Assembly (NCBI RefSeq): GCF_963921235.1
Contig: NC_086097.1
Coordinates: 26,538,001 to 26,602,000, forward strand
Reading direction: 5' to 3'
DNA length: 64,000 bases
Source: Mobula hypostoma
Lineage: Eukaryota
Shown: piece by piece, positions 1 to 12,421 of the stretch
Position numbering within the stretch: position 1 is the stretch's first letter
Layout of the letters: each line of letters starts with the position of its first letter
Program-made: the position numbers and the translations under genes
The notes under the pieces: generated by a model
Told to the model about the DNA's origin: nothing
What the model saw: only the letters and a program-made list of their open reading frames with translations
Databases searched by the model: none

Positions 1-498
1 CTATTTACTATTTAGATCTCTGTGGTATCGCCACTATGCTTTGGCCAGTAACATACACTAGTAATTTTCGGAACAGATATGATCTTGTTTCTGCCTTCTG
101 GGATCATACTGCCGGCTGCATTTGATTCAGTACAACAGTGACAACGCTTCATTTACCGAACACACTTCAGATTATCTTGAAATTGGTAAGGCAATAAACA
201 AATACAAACTTGTTTTTCCTCTGTGCCTAGTAAAATCACACTGAATGGAGACATTCTTAAAAAAATAACTATCTTGTCAGAGAATCTCTTCACACTCTCC
301 CTGCTCAATTTTATGACAGCAAAAGCCTTCCATTACCTTTACAAATGAAAAATTAAGAGTCAAATTTCAGGTGGTTTTTAAGTTATCTTTAGTGTCAAAA
401 GTATAAGGTTTATTATAATATATATCAGCTTATAACTCCACAGCCTATTATCCTCACTACTGGAAAATACCAAAAATAGGCTCAATACATTTCTGAAA

Positions 499-1086
499 GT
501 TGTACAAGGCCTTGGTGAGACCACATCTGGAATATTGTGTGCAGTTTTGGTCCCCTAATCTGAGGAAAGACATCCTGGCCATAGAGGGAGTACAAAGATG
601 GTTCACCAGATGGATTCCTGGGATGGCAGGACTTTCATATGATGAAAGACTGGATCGACTAGGCTTATACTCGTTGGAATTTAGAAGATTGATTGGGGAT
701 CTTATTGAAACATATAAAATCCTAAAGGGATTGGGCAGGCTAGATGCAGGAAGATGGTTCCCGATGTTGGGGAAGTCCAGAACGAGGGGTCACAGTTTGA
801 GGATAAAGGGGAAGCCTTTCAGGACCGAGATTAGGAAAAACTTCTTCACACAGAGAGTGGTGAATCTGTGGAATTCTCTGCCACAGGAAACAGTTGAGGC
901 CAGTTCATTGGCTATACTTAAGAGGAAGTTAGATATGGCCCTTGTGGCTAAAGGGATCGGGGGTATGGGGGTAAGGCTGGTACAGGGTTCTGAGTTGGAT
1001 TATCAGCCATGATCATACTGAATGGCGGTACAGGCTCGAAGGGCCGAATGGCCTACTCCTGCACCTATTTTCTATGTTTCTATGTT
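499..1086 (+). mobile_element. CR1 LINE, 5'-truncated 3' end (ORF2 C-terminus plus 3' UTR)
   Basis: ORF 500-1012 LYKALVRPHLEYCVQFWSP...LGLYSLEFRRL..TRGHSL..FFTQRVVNLWNSLP; ends in (TTTCTATG)n tail; same young family as 62358-64000. Confidence 0.95.
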
Positions 1087-2394
1087 AACAAAATTTTCCT
1101 CTACTCTCCACAGCAGGTCTGTTAGAAAAATAAGTTACCAAGCAAGAACTGATTTGCTATATATTCTGAACAATCTTAGCAAAACTCGAGGCTGACTATC
1201 CCCGTTACAAGCAAGAACACTGCCAAATTGTCATTTTACCCTTCCACTGAACAGAAAACCTGTGTAATGATACCACAAAAGTAATTTAAACTTTGAAAAG
1301 CCAACTAATGAGGCCATTCATGTAAGTGATAAATTATTCACCACTAATGATTGAGTTCACATTAGTAAACCTTAAGGAAGGGAAGTCAAGCCCTCAATCG
1401 GAACAACAAAGTAAAAACACACTATGAACTTGATTCACCAGACATTCCTACCTAATAAGTTCTGGTGGTATTTTTAAAATCACGACCCTTTCTCTTCAGA
1501 CGTTCTGTTGACTTTCTTATTTTGAACAGCTGACAACAAAAGGCAATAAATGTTAATAGAAAGCAGACAGAATGAAAAATCTAAGAGTTGCCACTTGGAT
1601 TTCACAACCAGTCTGCTTAAAGCAGGGTTGTTCACAACAGACCTGCTTCAATCACACCTCACATCATCAGCCTGTCGAACAAGCAGACCCATCCTGCAAG
1701 CCTTTCACTCCCTATAATATCAATACGTTCCTCACAGCTATATTTTGCCAACACTCAGCGTGTAATCAGGCTCACCTTATGACACCACTACTACAGCACG
1801 AAATGAAGACAGACAAAATATCTGAAGACAAATGCTGCATTTAACGGCGCTTTGCAAAAAGTATGCTTCAAGATTGCTTTTGATTAATCTACGAGAGAAA
1901 CTCTACTAAAGTTTCCCATTTTAAGTTTATAGTATAGATAGCCAAAGTTTTAATTGGGCAACAAACATACCGTATGTATACAAATCACAGACACAGCCGT
2001 AATATTCAAGTTGGAAAAATAAACTTTTATTAAAACAAGGCCCAAGTTACATCATATCCTGGATCAGTTTAGTCATTATTTTAACTCCTTAACTGCTGGG
2101 AGATAAACTAGCAATCTTAATTCATCAGTGGGGAAAACAATAGACTTGCATTTACACAATGCCTTTCATGATCTCTAAAAACCTAACAGCTACAAAATTT
2201 GTTTTGCAATGCTGTTAATTTTATCAAAGGACAGATAACTACAAGTCACATATTCTGCAGCACAGACTGATAAATAATTCTTAGCCTTAGCCAATAAAAT
2301 AACAGGTCCAGTTAAGTACTGAGACAACCAAACCTCTTACCTTTGCTCTATCACCAACTTTAAACTCTCCATGACACTGTCTGAGGCCAAGCCA

Positions 2395-2960
2395 TATAGA
2401 ACGTAGAATACTACAGCACAGTACAGGTCCTTCAAGCCACAACATTGTACCAGCCTTTCAAACTATTCTAAGATTAACCCTTCCCACATAGCCTTCCATT
2501 TTTCTATCATCCATATGCCTATTTAAGAGTATTTCAAATGTTTTGAATATATCTATCTCTACCACTACCCTTCGCAGAGCATTCCATCTCTGTGTAAAAA
2601 AAACTCACCTCTGACATCACCCCTATACTTTCTTCCAATTATCTTAAAATTATGCCCTCTCTTATTAACCATTTCTGTCCTGGGGGAGAAAACTAACAGG
2701 CTATCCACTCAATATGTGCCCCCTAACATCTTGTACACCTCTATCAAGACATCTCTCAACCTCCTTCACTCCACAGAGAAAAGCCCTAGCTTCCTCAACC
2801 GACCCTCATAAGACGCGTTCTCTAATCCAAGAAGCATCCTGATAAATTTCTTCTGCACCATCTCTAAAACTTCCACATCCTTCCTATAATGAGGTAACCA
2901 GAACTGAACACAATATTTCAAGTGTGGTCTAACTGGGGTTTTGCAGAGCCGCAACACTGC
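2395..2960 (-). mobile_element. CR1 LINE 3' fragment, degraded
   Basis: VRPHLKYCVQFWLPHYRKDV..LGLFS remnant; ATAGAAC-type tail at about 2395-2410. Confidence 0.9.
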
Positions 2961-2967
2961 CTTCTTA

Positions 2968-3443
2968 AGTAGTAGTAGTAGTCATACTTTATTGATCCCG
3001 GGGGAAATTGGTTTTCGTTACAGTTGCACCGTAAATAATAAATAGTAATAGAACCATGAATAGTTAAATAGTAATATGTAAATTATGCCAGTAAATTATG
3101 AAATAAGTCCAGGACCAGCCTATCGGCTCAGGGTGTCTGACCCTCCAAGGAAGGAGTCTGTAAAGTTTGATGGCCACAGGCAGGAATGACTTCCTATGAC
3201 GCTCTGTGCTGCACCTCGGAGGAATGAGTCTCTGGCTGAATGTACTCCTGTGCCCACCCAGTACATTATGTAGTGGATGGGAGACATTGACCAAGATGGC
3301 ATGCAACTTGGACAGCATTCTCTTTTCAGACACCACCGTGAGAGAGTCCAGTTCCATCCCCACAACATCACTGGCCTTACGAAGGAGTTTGTTGATTCTT
3401 TTGGTGCCTGCTACCCTCAGCCTGCTGCCCCAGCACACAACAG
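2968..3443 (-). mobile_element. Rex1/Babar-clade LINE 3' fragment
   Basis: ORF 3064-3438 CWGS..KRINKLLRKASDVVG..SHPLH..FSQRLIPPRCSTERHRKSFLPVAIKLY; (TAC)n tail. Confidence 0.8.
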
Positions 3444-3927
3444 TCAGAATGGGTTTTCATTCCCATATTCTACCTTCACCACGAATGATCACCTCCACTT
3501 CCACAATGTTAGCCACTCATCTCGTCTGTTTCTGAGTCCCTCACCTACCTTTTGTCAGCTACAGACTTTATCTTAGTGTTTCGCTGGACAGTTTTTAAAG
3601 AACATTTGAAAAGGAATAGAAGTATGCCATTCAACTTTGAAGCATACCACAGCAGAATTATAAATTCAAAGTCACATACCATCCCCTATTCTCTATATCT
3701 CCTGTTGCTTCCAATGCTTTGTTTTGAATGTATTCATAAACCAAGAGTGCACTGACCTATGGGGTATAGAACTTCTAAGATTCACAACTTGTGGTGAGGG
3801 AATTTTCTCCTCAAAGAAATAGCTGGCTCCTTCATCTTGAGACATTAGCTCTCTAGTTTCAGACTCTTCAGAGGAAAGGAGCCCTCATAGTCAAAGTCAA
3901 AATAAATTTATTATCGAAGTATGTATA

Positions 3928-4175
3928 AGGGGAGAAGATTTAGGACGGAAATGAGGAGAAACTTTTTCCCAGAGAGTGGTGAACCTGTGGAATTCTCTGC
4001 CCAGGGAAACAGTTGAGGCTTCTTCACTAAATGTATTTAAGAAACAGTTAGACAGGTTTTTACATAGTAAGGGAATTTAGGGTTATGGGGAAAAGGCAGG
4101 TAGATGGAGTTTACGGACAGATCAGCCATGATCTTATTGAATGGCAGGGCAGGCTCGATGGGCCGGATGGCCCAC
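3928..4175 (+). mobile_element. CR1 3' end inserted into an older Rex/Babar-type tail (3895-3927 and 4177-4560, minus strand)
   Basis: NFFSQRVVNLWNSLP motif and CR1 3' UTR; the host repeat resumes after the insert. Confidence 0.8.
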
Positions 4176-5039
4176 TTATGTTCTTACATTACCATATACT
4201 AGCTTGAGATTCAGTTTCTTGCAGGCAGTTACAGGGAAATGAAGAAATACAATAGAATTGATGAAAAAGTACACATAAACAAAGATTGTCAAATCACCAA
4301 CGTGCCGAAGACACTGATCAAATAAAAAAATATTGAGAACACGAGTTGAAATGAATCTGCTCAGGGTAATGGTGATTGAAGTTATCCACACTGGTTCAGT
4401 GGTTTGATGGTTGTTCCCTGTACCCAATCTTAGTAGTACCTTCTGCCCAATCATTGTAGCAAGACGGGGGCATGGCCTGGATAGTGGGGGTCCTTGATAA
4501 TGGATGCTTCTTTCTTGTGGAAGCACTCCTTGTAGATGTGTTCAATGGTGTGGAGGGTTCTACACTTTCCATCTGTAAACATCAGCTCAACCAAAACTCT
4601 TCAGAGGAAAGGAGCACCAAGCTACCCACCAATCAACCACCATTCCCTTTGTTGGAGCTTGACTCATCTAAAGTCAAGCTCCAGCAAATTGTGTATTTTA
4701 AGATCTCTCTTCTGTCTCAACCCAACATTGTAATTTCCTCTGGCTCTGCAACACTCAGACTCCTATAGTAATCATCTATCATGTATCTTCTGATTCCATC
4801 ACTTACCAGCCTCTCATGCCTCCCATCATCTGTAAACTTCAATCTCTCCTCCTCTGTAAGAACCCTTAAAGTTCATGACCATCAGCCACTGAACTTGCTG
4901 AGAAGCAATGGGTTGTTTTACTTCATTAAAGTGACTGGGGAATTTTAAAAAATGGTACGGCTTCCTCCACATCAGTGAGACCTAATGCAGACAGTGGGGC
5001 CTTTGTTCTGTCTGCTACAAAATGCAGAATCAACTCGGG

Positions 5040-5525
5040 GCCACTCATTTCAATTCAACTTTACATTCCTGTTCTGACATGTCTGTCCAAGACCTCCTCT
5101 ACTGCCATAAAGTCAAACTCAAGCTGGAGGAGTAACCTGTCTGGGGTGCTTCCAATCTGATGGCATGACATTGATTTCTCAAGCTTAGACCTTTCTCTGG
5201 TACCCCACCTCCTTTTCTTTTTTCCATGGATCACTGTCCTCTTTTAATAGATTCCTTTTTCTTCAGACGTCAACTTCTTCCACCTATCACCTCCCAGCTT
5301 CTTCCTTCATTCCCCCTCTCCCTCTCACGCACCCCAACCCCCTCACCTAGTCTCACGTATTACCTGCCAGCTTGTACTTCTCACACCTCTCCCTCGACCT
5401 TATTCCAGCTTCTGCCCCCTTCCTTGGCAGTCCTGATGAATGGTATCAGCCCAATACATTGACTGTTTATTCCCCTCTACAGATGCTGTCTGACCTACTG
5501 AGATCCTCCAGCATTTTGTGTTTGT
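5040..5525 (+). mobile_element. Penelope-like element 3' remnant
   Basis: Degraded GIY-YIG C-terminal region, pyrimidine-rich UTR, CTGATGA remnant and GATGCTG..TGACCT..GAG..CCTCCAGCA tail. Confidence 0.75.
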
Positions 5526-5684
5526 TAACTTAGAACCCTCTTGTGTTTTGCAAAAGATGCTAAAAATACTCAGCAGGTCAAGCCAAAGGATCTTGTTAAA
5601 CAAAAGGTCGTCAACTTAAGACACCAACTCTGTTTCTTCTATTTATTTATCTGTCTATCTATTTATTGATTGATTGATTGAGAT

Positions 5685-5955
5685 GCAGCACAGAACAAGC
5701 CATTCTGACTTTTCGTGCCACACCGCCCAGCAAACCCCAATTTAACCCTAGCCTAACCACGGGACAATTTATAATGACCAATTAGCCTGCCAACCAGTAT
5801 ATCTTTGGACTGTGGGAGGAAACTGGAGCACCCGGAGGAAACCCACGTGGTCACGGGGAGAACACACAAACTCTTACAGACAGTGGTGGAAACTGAACCC
5901 AGATCACTGATACTGTAAAGTATCACGCTAACTACTATGCTACTGTACTGCCCCC
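5685..5955 (-). mobile_element. tRNA-derived V-domain SINE (HE1-like)
   Basis: V-domain GTTCTCCCCGTGACCACGTGGGTTTCCTCCGGGTGCTCCAGTTTCCTCCCACAGTCCAAAGA on the minus strand. Confidence 0.85.
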
Positions 5956-6644
5956 TTTGCACAAATGTTGCCTGACCTACTGAGCACCTCCAGGCTGTAC
6001 TGTTTTTATGTATTTTATAATTTTAATATCTGTCAATTTTTAATTTTCACTTCTCAACTTAACATCTTCTTTGGAAGTCAATACACTTCCTAATTATACA
6101 ACTAGTCTCTTCCAAGAGGAAATGTGGAAGTCCCAGACTGAAGCTTGAAACAATGACTTTAAGCCACATCTGATATAATGAGAAATGGCTAAAAGTTACA
6201 AAAGCAAAACAGCCGAGTACATGAACAAAGAATCAAATTTCACAAATGATAAAGCAACTCATTATTTAGTCACTCATTTACTTATAGATTTTGAATCATT
6301 GCTTTGCGCAGTTTGGGAAAATTCACATATAGACTAGGTTTCCAAATAATTAAAGAACTTGCTTGGTCAGATCAGAGCAGCTCTGTCAGGTGTCTCCTTC
6401 AAGTGTGATTTTAAACCAGATCTCCCTATTTCCCGAGGTTTGGACAATTTAAGCAAGGGCCAGATTGAAAAGATCGATGTGTCAGGGCAGGCTGGTTCAG
6501 CTTGTTGCTCCGCAATTTACTGCTCGTCTCTGCGTTGAGCTGTGGCTGTGGTCTACAACTAAAGGGTAACTGGCTGCACGGTTGCCTGGCTTCCTGGCTG
6601 TGGACTCACTTCCATGAGTTTCAGTTCTGCTACTCACCTGCCTA

Positions 6645-6950
6645 TAACCTCCCCCTGGGTCCCCCCCCCCCCGTTCCTTATCTCCTGTGGTCCACTCTCC
6701 TCTCCTATCACATTCCTTCCTCTCCAGCCCTTGACCTGGCTTCACCTGTCACCTTCCAGCTACCCTCCTTCACCTTCCCCCACCTTTTTATTTTGCTATT
6801 TTCCCCATTCCTTCTCAGTCCTGAAGATGGATACAGGCACAAAACATCAACCGTTTATTCATTTCCATAAATGCTGCCTGACCTGCTGAGCTCCTCCAGC
6901 ATCTTGTGTGTGTTGCTCTGGATTTCCAGCATCTGCAGACTTTTTCATGT
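6645..6950 (+). mobile_element. Penelope-like 3' UTR/tail
   Basis: Pyrimidine-rich UTR, degenerate hammerhead, tail GCTGCCTGACCTGCTGAGCTCCTCCAGCATC. Confidence 0.75.
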
Positions 6951-6959
6951 TTATGATTG

Positions 6960-7385
6960 CTACTGCCTTGAGATTCATTTTCTTTCAGGGATTTACAGCA
7001 GAACAAAGAAATACAAGAGTGTTAGTGAAAAACTAGAGACAAGGGCTAACAAACAAACAATGGGCAGAAAAAGACAAACTGTGCAAATTAAAATAATAAA
7101 CAAACAAATGAATAAATAAACAAGCCATACTGAGAACACAATCTGTAGAGTCCTTGAAAGTTAGTCCATAGGTTATGGAATCAGTTCAAAGTTGAGGTAA
7201 GTGAAAGTATCCACATTGGTTCAGAACCCTGATGGTTGAAGGGTAATAACTGTCCCTGAACCTGGTGGTGTGTACCCAATGGTAGTATCAAGAAAGTAGC
7301 ATCACCTGAATGGTGGGTGTCTGTGATGATGGATGCTGCTTTCCTGTGGCAGTGCTTCTTGCAAACATGCTCAATTATGGGGAGA
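6960..7385 (-). mobile_element. Rex/Babar-derived degraded 3' fragment
   Basis: HCHRKAASIITDTHHSG remnant and UTR shared with other copies in the window. Confidence 0.6.
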
Positions 7386-7851
7386 GCTGAAATCAATCTT
7401 GTCCTCTATTCCAAAGATGCAAAACTTAAATTACCTAAACCATACATTGAAACAACTCTGCATCCATTCCCAAGCCTGATCTGCCCACATTGGGCACACA
7501 GCAGTTCATTCCACGTCCACTTTGTACTTCCACAAATTGACAAGGGTAATTCACAGAACTTGTTACAAGGAAAGAATTCTGTAATCCTATGTAACAAAAT
7601 CGGAATTGATCTTTGAAATGAAACTAATTTTTCTGTTATTATCTGAGCCTTAGCTTTATTCAGTTACTACCAATATATGAGATGTGAATCTTCAGTTATT
7701 AAAAACACTAAGGCAAATATATGAGCACTATTTAAAGAAAAGCATTAAATAGCAACCAAATCAGTATTAATCAGTAATACCTGCAAGTTTACTGTCATTC
7801 ATTGCTGTTTGTGTTTATATGTTTGCTTTCCTTCCCCCTAGCACCAAATTA

Positions 7852-7993
7852 AAACCATAGAAACCATAGAAACTACAGCACAGAAACAGGCCTTTTGGCC
7901 CTTCTTGGCTGTGCCGAACCATTTTCTGCCTGGTCCCACTGACCTATAGAAACCATAGAAACTACAGCACAGAAACAGGCCTTTTGGCCCTTC
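7852..7993 (-). repeat. CR1 extreme 3' tail with a local direct duplication of about 48 bp
   Basis: ATAGAAACCATAGAAACTACAGCACAGAAACAGGCCTTTTGGCCCTTC occurs twice (about 7857 and 7946). Confidence 0.85.
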
Positions 7994-8029
7994 AAATTAG
8001 TTGAAGTCGAGTTTATTGTCATGCACAAA

Positions 8030-8342
8030 GATTAGCTTTATTTCTCAGATGTATATTGAACCATCAAAACATACAGTGAAATGCACTGTTTGTGCCAATG
8101 ACTAACACAGTTCCAAAATATGCTGGGGGCAGCCCACAAGTATCACCATGCTTCCAGCACCAACATAGCATGTCCACAATTTACTAATCCTTATTCAGCA
8201 TCTTTGGAACATGATAGGAAACTGGAGCACCCAAGGAAACACAGTCACGGGAGTAAAACTCCTTACAGACAGCGGTGGATATTGAACTCCATTCGCTAAT
8301 CACCGATGCAGTAAAGCGTTGCACTGCTATGCTACTGTGCCA
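8030..8342 (-). mobile_element. V-domain tRNA SINE, degraded
   Basis: GGAAACTGGAGCACCC..AAACTCCTTACAGACAGCGG motif. Confidence 0.7.
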
Positions 8343-9648
8343 TGCAGGTGCAATGAAAAGTATTGCACAATTCACAAAACAAACATAACTTAAACATTAC
8401 CCAATCAAATCACTGACCAACTTTTTATTGCATGTCCAAAAACAAGTGCAATTGGCTAGCGATCTAGGCACCAATCTTTATTTTGAAAGTGACATTCTTA
8501 AAGAAAAATGCAATGTTAACATTTAAAACAGTGCCTTTACTTCCTGAGAAAACTAAAGAAATTTGTTTTAGTTTTTAATATTTACTAATTTTTACTATTT
8601 TTAATATTTAGTATTTGTAATCCAGGGAGTAGGAAGCGCAGAATCAAATATCGCAGTGATGATTGTACATTCTAGTATCAATCGTTTAGCAACAATAAAG
8701 TATAAACTGTTTCTCACTCACAAGAATTTTCTCTGCATTAAAATATACTTTTAAGTGGGTCTTTACGTGATATTCTAAGTTGTTATTGGGTGAAGCCACA
8801 AAAAACTTCATGCCATACACACTCCACTGTAACAAACAACCAATTAGTGAATTCTGAACAGTTAGTATCCTGAAAGCATCCTGAAAACACTGGTCACATT
8901 CACAAACTTGTATTAAGTAAAGAAAGGAACTTAATTGGTTCAGTTACAAGTTCTAATAACAGTATAATATTTGGAAAACTTAAGAATGAGTAGTTTTTTT
9001 AAAAATATGGAAGATTGTGTTTGTTTTTCAGTACTACACAGGTAACAGGTTGCCTCATGAGATACTAGTTACATGTACTGCCTGTAATAATGTAATATAC
9101 AAGGAGATTTCTTAATATTGAAACACACTTTTAAAAAGCAAAGGCAGTTCAAAAAAATCTCATTTTTAGTTTATTTATAAAAACTAGACATACACTGGAT
9201 GGGCTAACTTACATGAATTGGCTTCCATTCCTCTGAAAAACTTATTTAGTGAATCAGTATCCCTAATTATTATCGGTCAATGGCCTGAAATGTTAATTTT
9301 GAGAACATGCAAATTCCACAAGGCCAGCATCAGATACCAGGATTGAATCAGGGACACTGGAGTTACGAGGCAGCAATCCTTCTCATTGCACTGCTGAAGT
9401 AACTGTCTTCACCGATTATAAAATAACTAGGTCCAGAACACACACACACGCACACACACTCACTCTTGGGACTCAAGCATTCTTTTATTTTACTTGTGTA
9501 CAAGAAGACCAGAATGGGGCCCTGTCACCCACACTGTTCTGAAGTCTGAGCAGAAACCTATAAACACAAGAAAGTCTGCAGATGCTGGAAATCCAAAGCA
9601 ACACACATAAAATGCAGGAGGAACTCACAGGTCAGGCAGCTTCTATGG

Positions 9649-10224
9649 CAGACATCCCACCTCTCCCGGAACTTCCGGGAGTCTCCCGCATATTAATAGT
9701 GGCTCCTTGATGCCCGCAAATTATATACAATATCATGGAAATCAATTTTTTTGAGAGCGAGCGAGAGAAAAGCAAGAGAGAGTGCTGGAGCGACCACGAG
9801 AGCGCACGCGCGTGCGATAGAGAGCGAGAGTGCTTGAGAGCGTGCAGGCGACCATGAGAGAGAGAGAGAGAGAGCGTGCCAGCGCGCCATGGCAGAGTGT
9901 TCCAAAAAATAATAAAACATACGTCACCCCAGACTACACTAAAGTGTACCCCTGCCTAATAGGGGTCAAAATAATGACTGTTGCTCGCTGCACTGTTTGC
10001 AACAGTGACTTTTCTATTGCTCATGGTGGGTTAAGACTGTAAAAGACATGTTGAGGTGAGCTTAACAGGTATCATTCGTTTATTAGCATAGCTAATGTTA
10101 TTTAAACTAGCTGGCTAGCTGCTAATGAACTACTCTATTGCAGACATCCCACCTCTCCCGGAAGTCTCCCGCAAATTGATGGTGCTACCTCCCTGAAATC
10201 AGTTTTTGCAGGGTGGGATGTCTG
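9649..10224 (+). mobile_element. Non-autonomous hAT-like DNA transposon with BED-finger-like remnant
   Basis: TIRs CAGACATCCCACC / GGTGGGATGTCTG; 6-bp TSD CTATGG (9643-9648, 10225-10230); ARCTVCNSDFSIAHGG. Confidence 0.85.
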
Positions 10225-10241
10225 CTATGGAAATGAATAAA

Positions 10242-10283
10242 CAGTCGATTGACGTTTCGGGCCAAAGCCCTTCTTCAGGACTG
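10242..10283 (-). ncRNA. Minimal hammerhead ribozyme motif in Penelope tail
   Basis: Minus strand CAGTC-CTGAAGA-AGGGC.TTTG.GCCC-GAAA-CGTC(AATC)-GACTG; carries a 4-nt insertion relative to other copies. Confidence 0.65.
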
Positions 10284-11614
10284 AAAAGGGGGAAGATGCC
10301 AGAATAAAAAGATGCAGGAGGGGAAGAAGGACTAGCTAGAAGGTGAAGCCAGGTGGGTGGGAAAGGTAAAGGGCTGAAGAAAAAAGGAATCTGATAGGAG
10401 AGGGGCGTGGACCATAGGAGAAAGTGATGGGCAAGTGAGAAGAAGTAAAAGGCCAGAATGAGGAATAGAAGAGGGGAGGGGGTGGGAACATCTTTTAAGT
10501 GGAAGGAAAAATCGATATTCATACCATCAAGTTGGAAGCTACCCAGACAGACTATAACTTGTTGCTCCTCCACCCTGAGGATGGTTTCATCTGGGCACAA
10601 GAGGAGGTCATGCATCGACATGTCCGATTGGGAATGGGGCTCAGAATTAATATGTCTGGCCACTGGGAAGTTCTGCTTTTGGCAGGTGGAGTGGAGATAC
10701 TCAACAAAGCAGTCCCGCAGGTTACTACGGGTCTCACCAATGTAGAGGAGGCTGCAAAGGAGCACAGGGAACAGAAAACCTCTATTTTTACATCAGTTTT
10801 GGATATAGGTCATTGTAATTTGTGTATACTTGAACCCGTTACTCACAAGGTCCTTCACAAGAGAGGTGTTAAAGTTCATTGAAACTTCGTGTGGACAGCC
10901 ATGATATTTTGAAGTAGTAAGGAGTTAGTTGTTGGAAGGTTTCACATCCTTCCGTTATCCTTATCTCATCTGTCTCCGGCATCCCCAACTGTGTAAAGGA
11001 AGGCAATGTTTTAGGAAGACCTTTCTGGAAAAGTAACTACAGGGGCTTCAATGGTCTGCTCGAGTACACACCGCTGCAGGCAACCCAACCGATCTCGCCT
11101 ATCTCGTCTGTAGTAAGTAGAAGTGTCTCCAGCGGTCTCACTTGACTACCACTGCCCCAGGCTATCGTTATCTTTACTGTAACTTCCATCATACCATTGT
11201 ACCAACCGTGCACTTACCGGTTTTAAGACAAATCACTGTTCTTCAAGGCAAGTATGATCTTTTTTTCTATGTTTAAAATGCTTTTAAAATGTCTTCTTTT
11301 AAAATGCTTTATTATACAATACTGCATATTCTACAAACATTGCAAATAATTGCAGTTAGGAAGTAGATGCATTTGCACTAATTCTGAAACTTCAAGGCTG
11401 TTAACTCTGTTTCTGTATTCAAAGAATGCTGCCTGACCTGTTTTTTTTAAAAAGACTATTTCCGGTCTACTGAAAAAAATTGTCCTTTTATAAAAAAATT
11501 ATTCCAATGGGGTTTTAAAAAGCCTTAGGGAAAAAAGCACCCAATAAACGATGAGTATAAAAAAATCACTGCAGAAAAGCACATTTAAACCCATATGCAT
11601 GGGTTACAACACTT

Positions 11615-11970
11615 GTGGCATCCATTATTAAGGAAACCCACGACCCGGGACATGACCTTTTCTTGTTACTACCATTAGAGAGAAGGTACAGTAGCCTGAA
11701 GACATACAGACAAGGTTTTAGGAACAGCTTCTTCCCTTCTACCATCAGATTTTTGTACGGTCATAAAACCACCACGCTGTTTTTGCTCTTTATTATGTAG
11801 TGCATTTTATGTATTACACTGTACTGCTGCCGCAAAACAACAAATTTCACAGCATATGTCAATGATTAGATTAGGTTAAATTAGATTCAACTTTATTGTC
11901 ATTGTGCCAAGTACGGATACAAAGCCAATGAAATGCAGTTAATAAACTGCAGATAATAAACCTGATTCTC
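11615..11970 (+). mobile_element. Rex/Babar-derived 3' fragment
   Basis: ASIIKETHDPGHDLFLLLPLERRYSSLKT..FRNSFFPSTIRFL; GATAATAAACCTGATTCT tail. Confidence 0.8.
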
Positions 11971-12421
11971 ATCATTTCTCTTTACTCAGTTTTCAATGCT
12001 GGTGTTTGACAAGGGTACTGCACTGCAAAAAGAAGGAGAATTGGTAAGGTTTTTTTGATAGAATCTTTATTGCCATTATACGTGACTTTACAGTTAGCTT
12101 TAAGTGAAGGACAAAATAAAATCACCTCAATCATTATTTGCATTCTGTTCTTTATTTATAATCAACATCGGTGAATTTAAAAAAAAATCTTGTTTATAAA
12201 TCAGCCTAGGATTTGTTGTGGGATGTAAAATAGTAGGGAGACTTCTTCTCAAAGCATTCTTTGTTTGTTTGGGGAAATATGTACATAATTACTATCCAGC
12301 TTGAAAAGTCTTAATTTGAAAGTTCATTTATAACCTTTTAGTGGCATGCCAGATTCTTTGTCTCCCTTTGTAGGGAAAACAGTAGTCTGAACAACCAAAA
12401 AAAATGTTGGGAGCAAATGTG

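Larger units (their letters stand above)
9561..10775 (-). mobile_element. Penelope-like element 3' part (GIY-YIG endonuclease remnant plus tail), interrupted by a DNA transposon
   Basis: LLYIGETRSNLRDCFVEYLHS..FPVARHINS..LRVEEQQVIVCLGSFQLDGMNIDFS. Confidence 0.9.

Noticed and set aside
100..190. Open frame RLHLIQYNSDNASFTEHTSDYLEI ending at G|GTAAG
   Set aside because: No convincing acceptor before the upstream in-frame stop; no recognised homology.
2341..2380. Possible 40-nt minus-strand exon with AAG|GTAAGA donor
   Set aside because: Acceptor context is supplied largely by an adjacent CR1 tail; no recognisable peptide or partner exons.
11218..11267. Minus-strand segment with strong CCG|GTAAGT donor
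   Set aside because: Stops in all three frames and a weak acceptor.
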